Source of the DNA: Octopus sinensis
Lineage: Eukaryota
Direction: 5' to 3'
Assembly: GCF_006345805.1 (NCBI RefSeq)
Contig: NC_042998.1
Span: 102,548,001 to 102,612,000, forward strand
DNA length: 64,000 nucleotides
The translations under genes were made by a program, and so were the position numbers. Below the pieces are notes generated by a model. It did no database searches. It was not told where the DNA came from and worked only from the letters and a program-made list of their open reading frames with translations. Positions 50,349 through 62,829 of the stretch are shown piece after piece. Position 1 is the stretch's first letter, and each line of letters starts with the position of its first letter.

Positions 50349-50922
50349 AGGCACAAGGCCGGAAATTTTGGGGGATGGACCCCAGTACGCAAATGGTACT
50401 AAATTTATTGAACTCGAAAGGATGAAAGGTAAAGTCGATCTCGGTGGAATTTGAACTCAGAACGTAAAGACAGACGGAATACCTATTTCTTTACTACCCA
50501 CAAGGGGCTAAACACAGAGAGGACAAACAACGACAGACAAACGGATTAAGTCGATTACATCGACCCCAGTGCGTAACTGGCACTTAATTTATCGACCCCG
50601 AAAAGATGAAAGGCAAAGTTGATCTCGGCGGAATTTGAACTCAGAACGTAACGACAGACGAAATACCGCTAAGCATTTCGCCTGGCGTGCTAACGTTTCT
50701 TATTTCTCTATTTCCCACAAGGGGCTAAACATAGAGGGAACAAATAAAGACAGACAAAGGGTTTAAGTCGATTACATCGATCCCAGTACGTAATTTATCG
50801 ACCCCGAATGGATGAAAGGCAAAGTCGACCTCGATGAAATTTAAACTCAGAACGTAACGGCGGATGAAATACCGCTAAGCATTTCGCCCGGTGCGCTAAC
50901 GGTTCTGCCAGCTCGCCGCCTT
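50349..50922 (-). mobile_element. Three head-to-tail units of SINE family 1
   Basis: GATGAAAGG.AAAGT.GA.CTCG..G.AATTT.AACTCAGAACGTAA recurs at ~50420, ~50605 and ~50810; only the right-most unit keeps the AGGCGGCGAGCTGGCAG head. Confidence 0.85.
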
Positions 50923-52512
50923 AGGGCATAAGTACATTAAGAGTTTAGTTAGAGGTTAGAGGTAAGATGAGATTTATAGACACCATACGGGTTAGTGAGC
51001 CCGTCAGAGGTGAAGAATATAAGCTGGAGTCAGAGCGGCTCCTTATCAAAGCCTAAAGATGATGTATGGATAATAATACATGTATCTTTATGTCATTCGT
51101 TTTATTACACTAGGAATTGAAATGTGAACAGCATGGTTTGAGTTCAAGGAAAAGTAAATAAAAGCAATTAAACGAATGAAATGCGAGTGCAACATACACT
51201 TATTTAAAATTAAGATTAAAGAGGAGGAAGAGACTGCATTTCAAAATTTATGATAGTTATGGTACGAGAGAGTGAATTAGAAGTCAGATAATTAAGTCTA
51301 AGAATCGTAGATTGGTACTATCTTGTCTTTTCATGGTAACATACAATGAAAGTAGGATACTAATAGAAATTCGTCTCTATTAGTATCCTTCTTATAGAAG
51401 AAATGGGCTTTGTGTTGTGACTGCAGCAGAACATGATTATATGACTTGAAATCAAATTGGGGATGTCTAAAAAGATGAACTTTATTGTAAGATTAGTCTT
51501 TTGGTAAGGAATTTCAAAGAGTTCTCCGTTTAAATAGGGTATATTATACGAAAGAGTGCGGTAAATATTTTGTTGTGGTATGAGAAATAAGTGTCAGAAA
51601 ATATTTGTTGATTTCTAGTTTACGTTGTTTAATGAAAATATCCTCATTCAATATTTCTTTTCTCTATTTGAAAACTCTAATATTATTTAAATACTATAAG
51701 ACCTTTAGAAACCTAAGTTAATACAAATTATTTTCTCTTAACTTTCATTCATTCCCATCATCTCACATATTTCCTTTCGCTTAATTCTTGAATAGTATTA
51801 GAAATAATAGTGTTGCAATGTTTAAAGTAAATTCCTATACTATCACATGTGATTGTTTTTGCACGTAAATCAGTGTCTGTGGGTCTGTGTGGGTGTCAGT
51901 GTATATATTACGGGAATGGCTTTACTCTTAAATATGTAGCGAAATCATGACTGTTCTGTTTTAATACTTTTATTAAATTTTTCTCGTAACCGTGCAACAA
52001 ACCCCTACAATTTTGGATAATAAAGTTACTAAATTCATCAATTTTGATGTTTCAGATTGCCACAGCCTCATCTTTAGGATATGGAATTGTTTTGGCTTCA
52101 ATATGTTTGTATTACGTAGTGCAACTTATAGTTACAACGATTTTCCCTCCAGTATTTAATTTTTTAGATTGTTAGGGTTTTACATAATCGTATATGTATT
52201 AGCTGATTTCACCCTGTAACGTAGTATTGCAAAATTACTATTACTTCTATATCTGTTTATGTGGTAGAATTCTATAATATCTGGAAATATTTTCCTTTTC
52301 TCGGCTTGTTTATGCTGTGATGCGTATTCTTTTACAGTAAGTGTTTCTAATATACATGATGACTGCAACGCAATTTAGAGCAATGCCAGCACTCCATTGA
52401 ACTCTTAATTATGAAGGACATTGTTGTGGATTTTCAGACCCTCTACGTATCTACACACCTTTGCACATATGTTGCAACGATTGGCACGTCAAGCAGAAAC
52501 TTATCACAGAGA

Positions 52513-53154
52513 TCATTCCTCTTAATTTTGTATGTAACACAATTTTTAATCTTCGGATTTTTAAATATGTTAAGCCACTGCTTTTAATTGGTTAACATCA
52601 ATTTCTACCCTTATTATTCTATTTTAAATAAAATAAATGTTCTCTAACCGGTAAATTGGCTGCTGAAATTTATTAACTGCACAGTAATTTTCCGGCATGA
52701 GCGCGCCAAATGAAGGCATTTGAAAAAATACACCCAAATATAAATTGTAGAACATCATACATGCTCGATTTCGGTTGGGCGTTCTGTATCTAGTTCTGGA
52801 AATTGTGTTTTGGAAACGACAGACTACACTGATGATCTTGCAGATATCTGCATGTTTCTATATACGTAGATATTACCAAGTGAAACCAATGGTACGCAGG
52901 TAATCGGTTTTTTTTCGTATTTTTTTCATTTTCCTTCCTCATTTTTACATTTTGACGTTTTGCTCAGATTTTTTTCTTGAGAACTCATTCTTCGTGGTAA
53001 GGGCGATTTGACGTCTATGTTCAGCTTATAGGGTGTCCACTTTAGTGGTCATTCCTTTTAATTTTGTATGTAACACAATTGTTAATCTACGGATTTTTAG
53101 ATATGCTAAGCCACTGGTTTTAATTGGTTAACATCAATTTCTACCCTTATTATT
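52513..53154. repeat. ~105-bp direct repeat pair (52513-52618 and 53049-53154) around a ~430-bp spacer
   Basis: TCATTCC..TTAATTTTGTATGTAACACAATT...AAGCCACTG.TTTTAATTGGTTAACATCAATTTCTACCCTTATTATT occurs twice. Confidence 0.85.
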
Positions 53155-53158
53155 TAAT

Positions 53159-53236
<78 letters not shown>

Positions 53237-53296
53237 ATATATAAACACACACACACACACATATATATATACATATATATATATACAAATATATAT

Positions 53297-53340
<44 letters not shown>

Positions 53341-53580
53341 GTCAGGTGTGGTGTACAGAAATTGAATATTGAGAAAAAAGTTCATCAGAATTTTGGTTTA
53401 AAATCTCTTTATTTCTTCATTATTATTAATTCTTTCGTTCGTTTCTAGAACTTGCCAAATAAAATATTTTTGATGTACAAACAACTTGTTCATTTATATA
53501 AAATAGATGTTTTGGGCGTGTTTTGTTTAGAAATGAAGAACGTTTTGTTTTTTGGGGTGAGGTTCCGTGACAATGGAGAC

Positions 53581-53613
53581 AGATAGATAGAAATATAAGT
53601 AGGTAGATTGGCC

Positions 53614-53700
<87 letters not shown>
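53581..53700. repeat. (GATA)n microsatellite
   Basis: Direct reading. Confidence 0.97.
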
Positions 53701-53701
<1 letters not shown>

Positions 53702-53742
53702 CATACATTGTTGTTATTGCGGAGAGTCATTCTCTTTTGTGC

Positions 53743-53998
53743 CTTATTATTTAACACACTCACCGGTAAAGTGCCCACTGATTTTTTTTTTCTAAACTTT
53801 TCGTTGCGTCTTGCAACTTTTTCAATAGTCGTTGACTCTCGTTGAATTCTCCCAATTCTGACACCACTGCCACTGTCTCACACACTTTTAAAGAGAGACA
53901 ATGTCCATTGAAAATTTTAAAAGACGCAACGCAAATTCTAGGTAAAATAAATAAGTCAATGAGCGGAAACTTTACCGCTGGGTGTGTTAAATAATAAG
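53743..53998. mobile_element. MITE-like foldback with ~105-bp imperfect arms
   Basis: CTTATTATTTAACACACTCACCGGTAAAGT...CGTTGCGTCTT vs AAGACGCAACG...ACTTTACCGCTGGGTGTGTTAAATAATAAG. Confidence 0.75.
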
Positions 53999-54370
53999 CC
54001 AGTAAAAGAGAATAACTCTCCCGAGACACATGAAAATATGCTTCGACACACGAACTCGCATTAAGAATGTTGCAAACCAAATCGGAAACGTAAGTATATA
54101 TATATAACATCTGGACGAAATTCAAGGAAATACGCGGATATGTGTACATTTACTTCCTAAATATCATAAATTAGAGCTGGAGTTCTACATTTCTATTTTG
54201 GAAATGGGAATTCAAGTTATAGAATTGTATTTTGGTATTTCGATTTCAATTCAGGTTTCACAATTACGGTTTCACAATTTAGCAAACAAGACGTATATGT
54301 ACACTCACAAATATGTAAATATATACGCACGTCTATATATATATGTGTATGTTGGTCTATTCTCTCTCTC

Positions 54371-54411
<41 letters not shown>

Positions 54412-54477
54412 TATATATACCTTAAATATGTATGTATATATGTACGTCTGTGTTTGTGCATGTTTGCTTATATATAT

Positions 54478-54559
<82 letters not shown>

Positions 54560-56189
54560 CTATATATGTATATATATATATATTATATATACATATATAA
54601 TACATACATATATATATCACTTGTTAAGGTTATCACTTCTCATATTCTATTGAGATTAGAGCCAGCAGCGATTTTTGTTACGATGTTTCGTATCAAAACT
54701 TCAGATGTAAACCAACAATGAGATCGAAGATCAAAAAAGATGAGTAGGCGTATATGGATGATTATAATGGTGGTGGAAGAAAAAACCCCGAGGGCAATAA
54801 AATGATAAACTGGTGTCTAGGGTTGTAATGTGAGTAGGTAAAAGAAGAGAAGTTACGGGCAATAAATTTTAATTAGATGCCCGCAGAAGTGCGATAGAAC
54901 TTTTGCTAAGATTTCATTATCCCCATTTCTTTCTTGTTTATTTCTTTTTTCATCGTGTATCAGAAATGCTAGTCTTAAAATTCAATATCTGTCTTTGACA
55001 TCGAGACTCCTTCACAACAATTCACCGTTTTTCTTGATTAATTTAATAATAATAACGTTTCAGGATATCAGATCAAGTGAAATTCATGTGGGTTAAGTTC
55101 ATATTCTTCTAGGTTAATCGTTTATATTTTATATGCCCTATCATTACACCCTCTAGGCTATAGATGCATTCTCCATAGACCCATATATCCAATCCTTCAC
55201 ATTCTTGTTGCTCCTATCATAGAATTAGTAGATATCTTTTTGATATCTATACTTATATTTTATGATATTTTTTAATATTTTTATACATTTCATATCTGCA
55301 TATTTTGTTATTAATTATTTTGTTATTTCTTTATTTTATGTCTGACAGTGGGTCTTTGTGCAATTTCATAAGGAGATTTGTACAGTTGTCATTTTTCTAA
55401 TGTTTATATACTTCTATATCCTTATACTTTATATCAATGTAATCTTATCCATACATCATATATTCAACTACTTCTGCATCAAATTGTGTACACTTATAGT
55501 AATTTATTAATTTATTCCGATATATTGTTTTATAGTGTATCCTTGTAACTTATGCCACACCGAATTTTTCTAAATTCCTAAATTTCTAAATTATGTATTC
55601 ATCACTTGAGCTGTACCGGCCGGAACACATTTTAATTCTTCTTTTACTGGTATTGAAGTCATCCATTACATGCCGGTTATGGATAACCGTATTCTTTACA
55701 ATTCATGCCGGTAACCGAATGACCATTTTTTCATTTAACCCGCTTACAATTAAAACTTATTTCATTAGCATTAAGTGTAAGGTAATATTCTCCATTCACG
55801 GAAATAGATTGTCCATTTAGTTTAAGATTTTCTCCTTCAAATTTATGGATTTTTAACCATTAATCTTGAGCGTTTTATGCATATGTTTGTTTGTAAGTTA
55901 CATTTCGAGGTACGTTGGTGTCTTAACCAATAATCCTAAACTATGGTTTCGGCATTTACGATTTCCTAACATACATTCACTTATATTCCATTTTTAGTCA
56001 TCCCTATGCCTTCGAATTGATTACCGATGTTGTTTCTTCATGGGGCATTATGATATCAACGCTGAGGTCGATTTGCCTTTCATCTTTCGGGGTCGATAAA
56101 AGAAATGCCACTTGGGTCCTTATGTTTACTTAATTTTTCAAATTCCCTTACAAATAAATTTTATCAGTGGGAACGTTTATTAGTCTGCA

Positions 56190-56260
<71 letters not shown>
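56190..56260. repeat. (ATT)n tail of a minus-strand LINE
   Basis: Direct reading. Confidence 0.97.
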
Positions 56261-56264
<4 letters not shown>

Positions 56265-57688
56265 TAGTATATTTTTTATATCGTGCTTTCACTTCACTAC
56301 CGAGCGCAGCTCTGTGTGCCTTGGGTATGTGCTGTGATTTGTTGTGATGCTCTGATGGTTATTGTATGGAAAGTGTTCTGCGTAGGATGTGTGCAGTGCC
56401 TAGTAGTGCAATTTTCTGTATGATATATGTGTTTATAAGTCCTGGTGTTTTTGTTATGTATTTGTCTGAATATTTTTTATCATGCCTAATGCACCTATTA
56501 TGATAGGAATTGTTTCTGTTTTCAGATTCCACATTCTAGTTACCTCTATTTCCAGGTCTTTGTATTTTGAAAGTTTCTCCATTTCTTTTAGAGCCACGTT
56601 GTCATCCGCTGGCATTGATACATCAATTAGAAAACATTTTTTTTCTTCATGATCACTGACAACTATATCTGGTTTGTTGGCCTTAATTTCTATATCTGTG
56701 TGTATTGGCATATACCAGAGTATGGTTGCTTTCTCGATTTTTATGACCTTTTCTGGTGTGTGCCTACACCATCTTTTTTCTGTTGTTATTCCATAATGTT
56801 GGCATAGCTTCCAGTGTATATAGGTCCCAACTCTGTCGTGTCTGTGAATATATTCCTTCTTAGCCAGGACTGGGCAGCCAGAGATAATATGATTTATTAT
56901 TTCTTGTCCATCTCCACACATTCTGCAGTTACTTGTTATATTTCTTTTCATTACATGTTTTTGGTAATTTCTGGTGGGGAGGCTTTGGTCTTGTGCTGCA
57001 ATTAAAAATCCTTCTGTCTCTGCTTTGAGTTCTGAGCTTCTCAACCACTGTTGTGATTTTTCTTTGTCTATTTCTTTTGCATTTTATTTAGTCCAGTATT
57101 TACCATGAAGGGGCTTTTCTTGCTATCGTTTTATCATGGTTCGTTGCTGTTCTATTTTTAGTTTGGATTTCATTTGTTTTATAGCTTTTGTTGTTTCTTC
57201 ATCTTCTTCTTCATATTTGTTAGGTGGTATGATTTCTTGTTTGTATTTGTCAGCTTCCTTAAATACTGAGAACAGTTTTTGTTTTGCTCGTGTTTTGCCG
57301 CCATTTGTATCAGTTTTCTTTCCTTCTGAAGTAGATACTTTTGCAGTCCTATGGTGGTTATTTTATAGTAGTTTTCCAGCTGTATAAGTTCTCTACCACC
57401 ATCTATACGTTTGTCATTTGTAGCGTATAGTTTTAGGTCATACATATATAACAGGTGGCTGATCGTTTGCCGTAACATTTATATCCGCATCCAGTTCTAG
57501 TTAGCATATCAGATAGAGGTGACAGTGCCAAGCAGAAAAGGAGTGGAGAGAGCGTGTCTCCCTGGAATATTTCTCTTCTAATGGGGATGGCTTTGGTTTC
57601 CATGAGTCCCTCTTTTGTTTGGAGCTGTAGCATTGTTTGCCATTTATTCATAGAGTTTCCTATGAATTTTATAATTGTTGGTGCTACC

Positions 57689-57690
<2 letters not shown>
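56261..57690 (-). mobile_element. 5'-truncated, internally deleted R4/Dong-type RLE LINE
   Basis: IFQGDTLSPLLFCLAL, LLYMYDLKLY, GGRELI, LKAETEGFLIAAQDQ, CRMCGDGQEIINHIISGC, RHDRV, NKPDIVV..IDVSMP..K..KYKDL. Confidence 0.9.
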
Positions 57691-57747
<57 letters not shown>

Positions 57748-57752
57748 GTTAT
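57691..57752. repeat. (ATT)n array between minus-strand LINE copies
   Basis: Direct reading. Confidence 0.95.
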
Positions 57753-58235
57753 TACTATATGTTTGACTTTTGCTTTACATTTGTACAACTTGGCGCCAAG
57801 TCTCACGCAGAGACCTCAAGAGACAAGTTGGAAGTTCATGTTGGTGTTATGCCTAGGGTGCCATATATTTGGCTTTGTACTTAGTGTTGTACTAGTGAAT
57901 GTTTAAGAAACCATAAGAAAATTATATTTGTTTTAAAACTTGAGATTATATAGAAAATATTTTACGTAGGATATGAGCAGTTCCCATGAGCACTATCTTT
58001 CGAATTTCTGCCATTTTTCGATTTCCTGGTATCTGAGTTAGGAAGCAAATAGCCCATTTTGCTATCATTCCCAGGGCACCTATGACAGGTATTGGTTTCG
58101 TCTTCAGGTTCCACATTTTGCTTATTTCTATTTCAAAATCTTTATATTTGCTCAGTTTTGGGATGTCTAGACAGTTATATTGATTGGGACCATCATATCA
58201 ATGAAGGGGGATGTTTTTTGTCTGAATTCTTTCAG
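57753..58235 (-). mobile_element. 3' fragment of the same R4/Dong subfamily as copies A and B
   Basis: Reverse complement matches 11320-11789, including the 3' UTR (AAAGCAAAAGTCAAACATATA). Confidence 0.88.
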
Positions 58236-58385
58236 TGAACTAAAGTACACCCCTTTGTTTTTGAGCACCTTTCAGTGTATTCGAGCAGTTCGAAGCCGCG
58301 CTTTTTCCTGCAAGTGATCCACACTTATTGCAGCCCCTATTTGTTGCATGTACTTCTCAATATTTTTACTCAGTGTTCCCAGGAA
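58236..58385 (-). mobile_element. Extreme 3' coding fragment of another RLE LINE subfamily
   Basis: GTLSKNIEKYMQQIGAAISVDHLQEKARLRTARI..KVL. Confidence 0.6.
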
Positions 58386-58391
58386 TAGAGA

Positions 58392-58392
<1 letters not shown>

Positions 58393-58464
<72 letters not shown>

Positions 58465-58482
58465 CATCATTATTATTATTAT
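58393..58482. repeat. (ATT)n array
   Basis: Direct reading. Confidence 0.97.
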
Positions 58483-59469
58483 TCAAAATTCAATCGCTGT
58501 CGAGAGTAACTCTACTTTTCCTTTTTTCGGGGGGTTGATTAAATAAGTACAAGTTGAGCAATGGGAACGACATAATCGACATCAACAACCCTATTTGTAA
58601 GAATGAATGACATAATGCACCATTACTCTTCTTCGTATAGACGTATAGCGCTGAAAATAATCGATGTATGCGTGGCAGGCAAAACAATCTTTATCAGTAG
58701 CATTGAAACTGCAACGTAACATGATTTTTACGTGTTTGCGTGCCATGAGCTGTAGGTAACCGCGCTATCACTGCATGCCAGAGAAACTTCATTTCTTCAG
58801 AGGTGTAGAAAAAACAGCGATTAATCAGTCACTGGTTTCGCAAATATCAGGTGAGGTAGGTAAAAAGTATAATACAGTTCCGTCGCTAATAAATTAATAT
58901 TATTCATCTTTCGTCATCTTCATTATCCTTTATAATGCTCTTTGAAATACTTACGCACTAGTTCCTCCTCTGATGCATATTGAGTTCACGTAGCAGTAAA
59001 CTGGTAATTCTCTTTTTTTTAAAGTACTACTACTGAAGTGTAGATAGCTAGTAGTTCTTTTCGAGTGCTGCATTAGAAAAACACTGCGGTTTATCCGCAA
59101 TCTAGTTCTGCGTGTACATGTGCTTATATATGTGCACACATATTCACAAATATGAATGTGAGCGCGCACGTATATCTATGTATACGTATGTAGACATATA
59201 TATCTGAATGAATGAACGACGTTCGTCTGTTATTAACTAGAATTGACGTAATCTAGGTTGGGTGTTCTTTGTACTTCTGAATGTTCTTCAGACCAGGTCT
59301 CTCTGAAACAGACAACATATAACGACTAGTCCCTTTAAGAGAGACAAACATGCAGGGGCTGAATGAAATTCTGCAATGTCTGATTCAAAATGTAGAACGG
59401 AGCCCGGTTTTTGAGTGTAGGCTATATATATATACTAGTTTTAACTTTTGACACGATGTCAGCAAATTA

Positions 59470-59617
59470 AGGAGAGAGGTAAGTCGATTTTATCGACCCC
59501 AGAAGTTTGAAAAGCAGAATCGACTTTGACGGCATTCGATTTCAGAACGTAAAGATGGTCGAAATGGTGCTAAGCATTTTGCCCAGAATGCTAACTATTC
59601 TGCCAGCTCGCCGCCTG
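59470..59617 (-). mobile_element. SINE family 1 copy
   Basis: TTTATCGACCCC...TCGACTTTGACGGCATTCGATTTCAGAACGTAAAG...GCTAAGCATTTTGCCC...CTGCCAGCTCGCCGCCT. Confidence 0.75.
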
Positions 59618-60104
59618 GGGTTACATATATATTAAATGTGATTTTAAACACATCACCACCATAAGAATTAGTATCGTTTTTCTCTGTAACATTAGTGACA
59701 AATCCAGTAAAAAACATATCGCTGGCAATGAGTACATGCCCTTGACAAAATCGCAAAAAAACATAAATGCATATGGCATACTAACTATTCGCCAGTGAAG
59801 GAACTATATTTGCCCCAGCCTGGTATACTTCCTAAACACTGGACGCCTACAAGAGACATTATTTCCGAACGAATAGAGCAGTACATTCACGTTCCAGCAA
59901 TCTATTTCCATTATGTTTATTTTAATCTAATACTCTATCTCTTGCCAATAAGTTTCTTTTATTCAGTGGGGGCGCAATAGCAGTGAATGTTTATTACCTG
60001 CTTTCTAATATATTGCTTGCGACAAATCTTGTCTAAGCATAATTACCCATGAATGTATGCATGCATGTATGTATGTATGTATGTATGTATGTATGTATGT
60101 ATGT

Positions 60105-60472
60105 CAGGTCCCTTTCGAGTGCTACTGGTAACATGTAACCCAGTACAACCTATTGCATGGTCGGGTCGTCTGCGACTAAATCGGCAACCCCACCAAGCTT
60201 TCTTGGTGAAGAGGGTGTTTTTTGGATACCCTGTGGGATGAAAAACAAAGCCCGTCAAAGGGCGAAGGTACTCTTGAGAGTCAACGCAGTGGTTATCGAT
60301 GATGTTGACTTGTTCTTCCTTTCGGATTATGGCTGCTGTTGCTTGGTGAGTGGGATTGGCTCTGTGCACAGCCTTTCCTCACTTAAAAAAACTTCTCGTA
60401 CAGGCATTACACGATAATAACATTGATTAAGCTTCGTGCAATGTCCATACGCGATAACGAGGGGGCACCCAC
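60105..60472 (+). mobile_element. GC-richer repeat fragment inside (GTAT)n, possibly the 5' UTR of an RTE-type LINE
   Basis: Bounded by GTAT arrays on both sides; family assignment is from recollection only. Confidence 0.3.
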
Positions 60473-60488
60473 CATGTATGTATGTATG

Positions 60489-60519
<31 letters not shown>

Positions 60520-60849
60520 ATAAGTATATATGTATGCATGCATGTATGCATGTATGTATGACATTATTCAGCTTTGTTTCAAGATTTCTTGTCAATAGAG
60601 AAAGAGCCGATTTCTAACATAGATCCAAGGCTCTTTCATTGGGATTTCAACATCAACAATAGTGTAATTTGTACATATGTATGTATACATGTAGATTTAC
60701 ATGTTTTGCTTTATCTATATCTTCTCATGCATATACTCGCATATCTAGACATGCTCATATATACTTAAACGATAAACGTCAGGAAAGTTTTACAGATTTT
60801 TATAGTTTCAGTGATGGCTTGTAGTCTTCGAATCAACTTTCTCCATGCT

Positions 60850-61195
60850 AGTTTTGAGAAATTTCATTTCTCAAACCTGGTATTTAGGCAATATGTTACA
60901 TATCTCAGTGCCCAAACAGTTACTGGTATAAACCTGAACTTGTAATCTGGACAGTGTGACTGCAGATTTCTCAATAGTTTTTCGTTGACCTTCAACTTTA
61001 AGTTAACATCTGCTGGGTAGCTGATTTCTAAAGCTGTCCTCACTTTCTGTTTTGTATCCCAAATCATTATAACATGTGTTTACATTTTATTGTGGTTTTC
61101 ACTGGGACATTCCACAAGAAATCCTTTTTATTATGACTGGTGATGGCTTCCACTATACTGTGTGTTCTTATTTCTTTGTCCTCGGGGGGCAAAAA
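60850..61195 (-). pseudogene. Decayed RLE endonuclease fragment (similar subfamily to 16690-17230)
   Basis: WNVPVKTTIKCK...MIWDTKQKVRTALEISYPADVN...PDYKFRFIPVTVWAL. Confidence 0.65.
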
Positions 61196-61248
61196 GAATG
61201 TATGTATAGATGTATACATGTATATATGTATGTAAATATATGTATGTA

Positions 61249-61292
<44 letters not shown>

Positions 61293-61424
61293 CAAGAATA
61301 TTATATACAGGTGGCTATAAGTATATATACAACAATGATGTAAAACAAGATGCCCTCATTTCATGTATTATTATTTTTGGTTTTACTCTATATTTACCAT
61401 CATATTTTAATAATACATAAATAT

Positions 61425-61720
61425 ATAGGCGCAGGCGTGTCTATGTGTCAAGAAGGTCGCTTCCTACCCATATAGTTCCGTGTTCAGTCCCACTGCGTAA
61501 AACCTTCGGCACGTGTTTTTACTGAGCTCTGAGCTACAAGGACAACCATTATGAATCAATGTGGTAGTCGGAAACTAAAAGAAGGCTGTTATATATATAT
61601 ATGTGTATATATATGTATATATATGTATGTATATATATATATGTATACATATATATGTATATGTATGTGTGTGGGGGGGTATCTGTGTGTGTGTGTGAGT
61701 GATTTACTAGGGCAAATTTT
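61425..61720 (+). mobile_element. 5' part of SINE family 2
   Basis: ATAGGCGCAGGCGTGTCTATGTGTCAAGAAG...GTTCAGTCCCACTGCG...GGAAACTAAAAGAAG, then microsatellite. Confidence 0.7.
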
Positions 61721-62829
61721 GTGTAGCTATTATGCATGCTTTCAGTGACCAGACAATTATGAGTTTGCTTCTTATCCTCAAACAGATAAAATTATTCACA
61801 TATTTCTAAAAGTTGTTCGTTCTTTCATATAGCTTCCAAATTATATCACTTTTATTTTATGCACATACTTTTACTTTTACGCTTGCATGATATTGTCGAA
61901 AATATATTCCCATAGTAATGTTGTGCTATTCTTAAAGGCATAGACATTCAATGAAGAAATTAAATGCCTTTCGAATAGTATTCAAATAGTGAATTGTGAA
62001 TGGACGCTAAAAAGCATCTTTACTCGTTACAAAGAAAGACTCCATTAGCTACTTCATCCAGACAAAGAATTTGTGAAAATAGCTTAGTCTTTCACAAAGC
62101 GCGTCGAATATATTTATGAAACATCTATCTTTCACGTCAAAGAAATTGATAAAAAGAAAAGATACTAGTTGTAATCTTGTAAGAATATAATCTTCTTCAT
62201 TCTAAAATAGAACCGTATAAACATTATTGAACAAACTCTGATGAATATCGTCTATGCATTGATTCATTTTTACTTCATTAAGCATTTTGTAGACATCCTT
62301 TATATCGTAAATCATCTTAGCGTGAAGGGGCTAACATTGGCAAAGGAAAATTAAGGGAGACATTTTAGAATAGTATGAACCATTCAAAGGAAACAATCTC
62401 TATTATTTTGCAAAGCAAAGAATATCGATCTATTTGCATCTCTTATGTGATGTAAATATATAAAATCCAGAATAATCAGAATAAAAATAACTTCTCGCCT
62501 ACATTCGTAATTATTGTAAGGCTTGAATAGAATATTATTTATACAAGTGCTACACACACAAATATATATGCATATAAATAAAAAAATACATTCAAACACA
62601 TGCCGTCAAATATTCGCACACACAAACCCATGTATAAATATGTATACACACACACACACACACACATATATAAATTTATATATATATATATATTGGAGTA
62701 GTTGAATGAATTATCTTATTAAGGATAATTCGAATTAACCGATACCTGGGTAGAAAATTCACATCAGAAAAACACGGTTGAAATTTCGTGCCTAGGGCAT
62801 AGATTACGTGCTTTCGTGTGTTTATTTTA

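Noticed and set aside
5219-62705. Dozens of ORF-track entries rich in poly-I/Y/N/L, YI, CV, HT or YLSI
   Set aside because: They are translations of (AAT)n, (TA)n, (CA)n, (GATA)n and (GTAT)n microsatellites, not genes.
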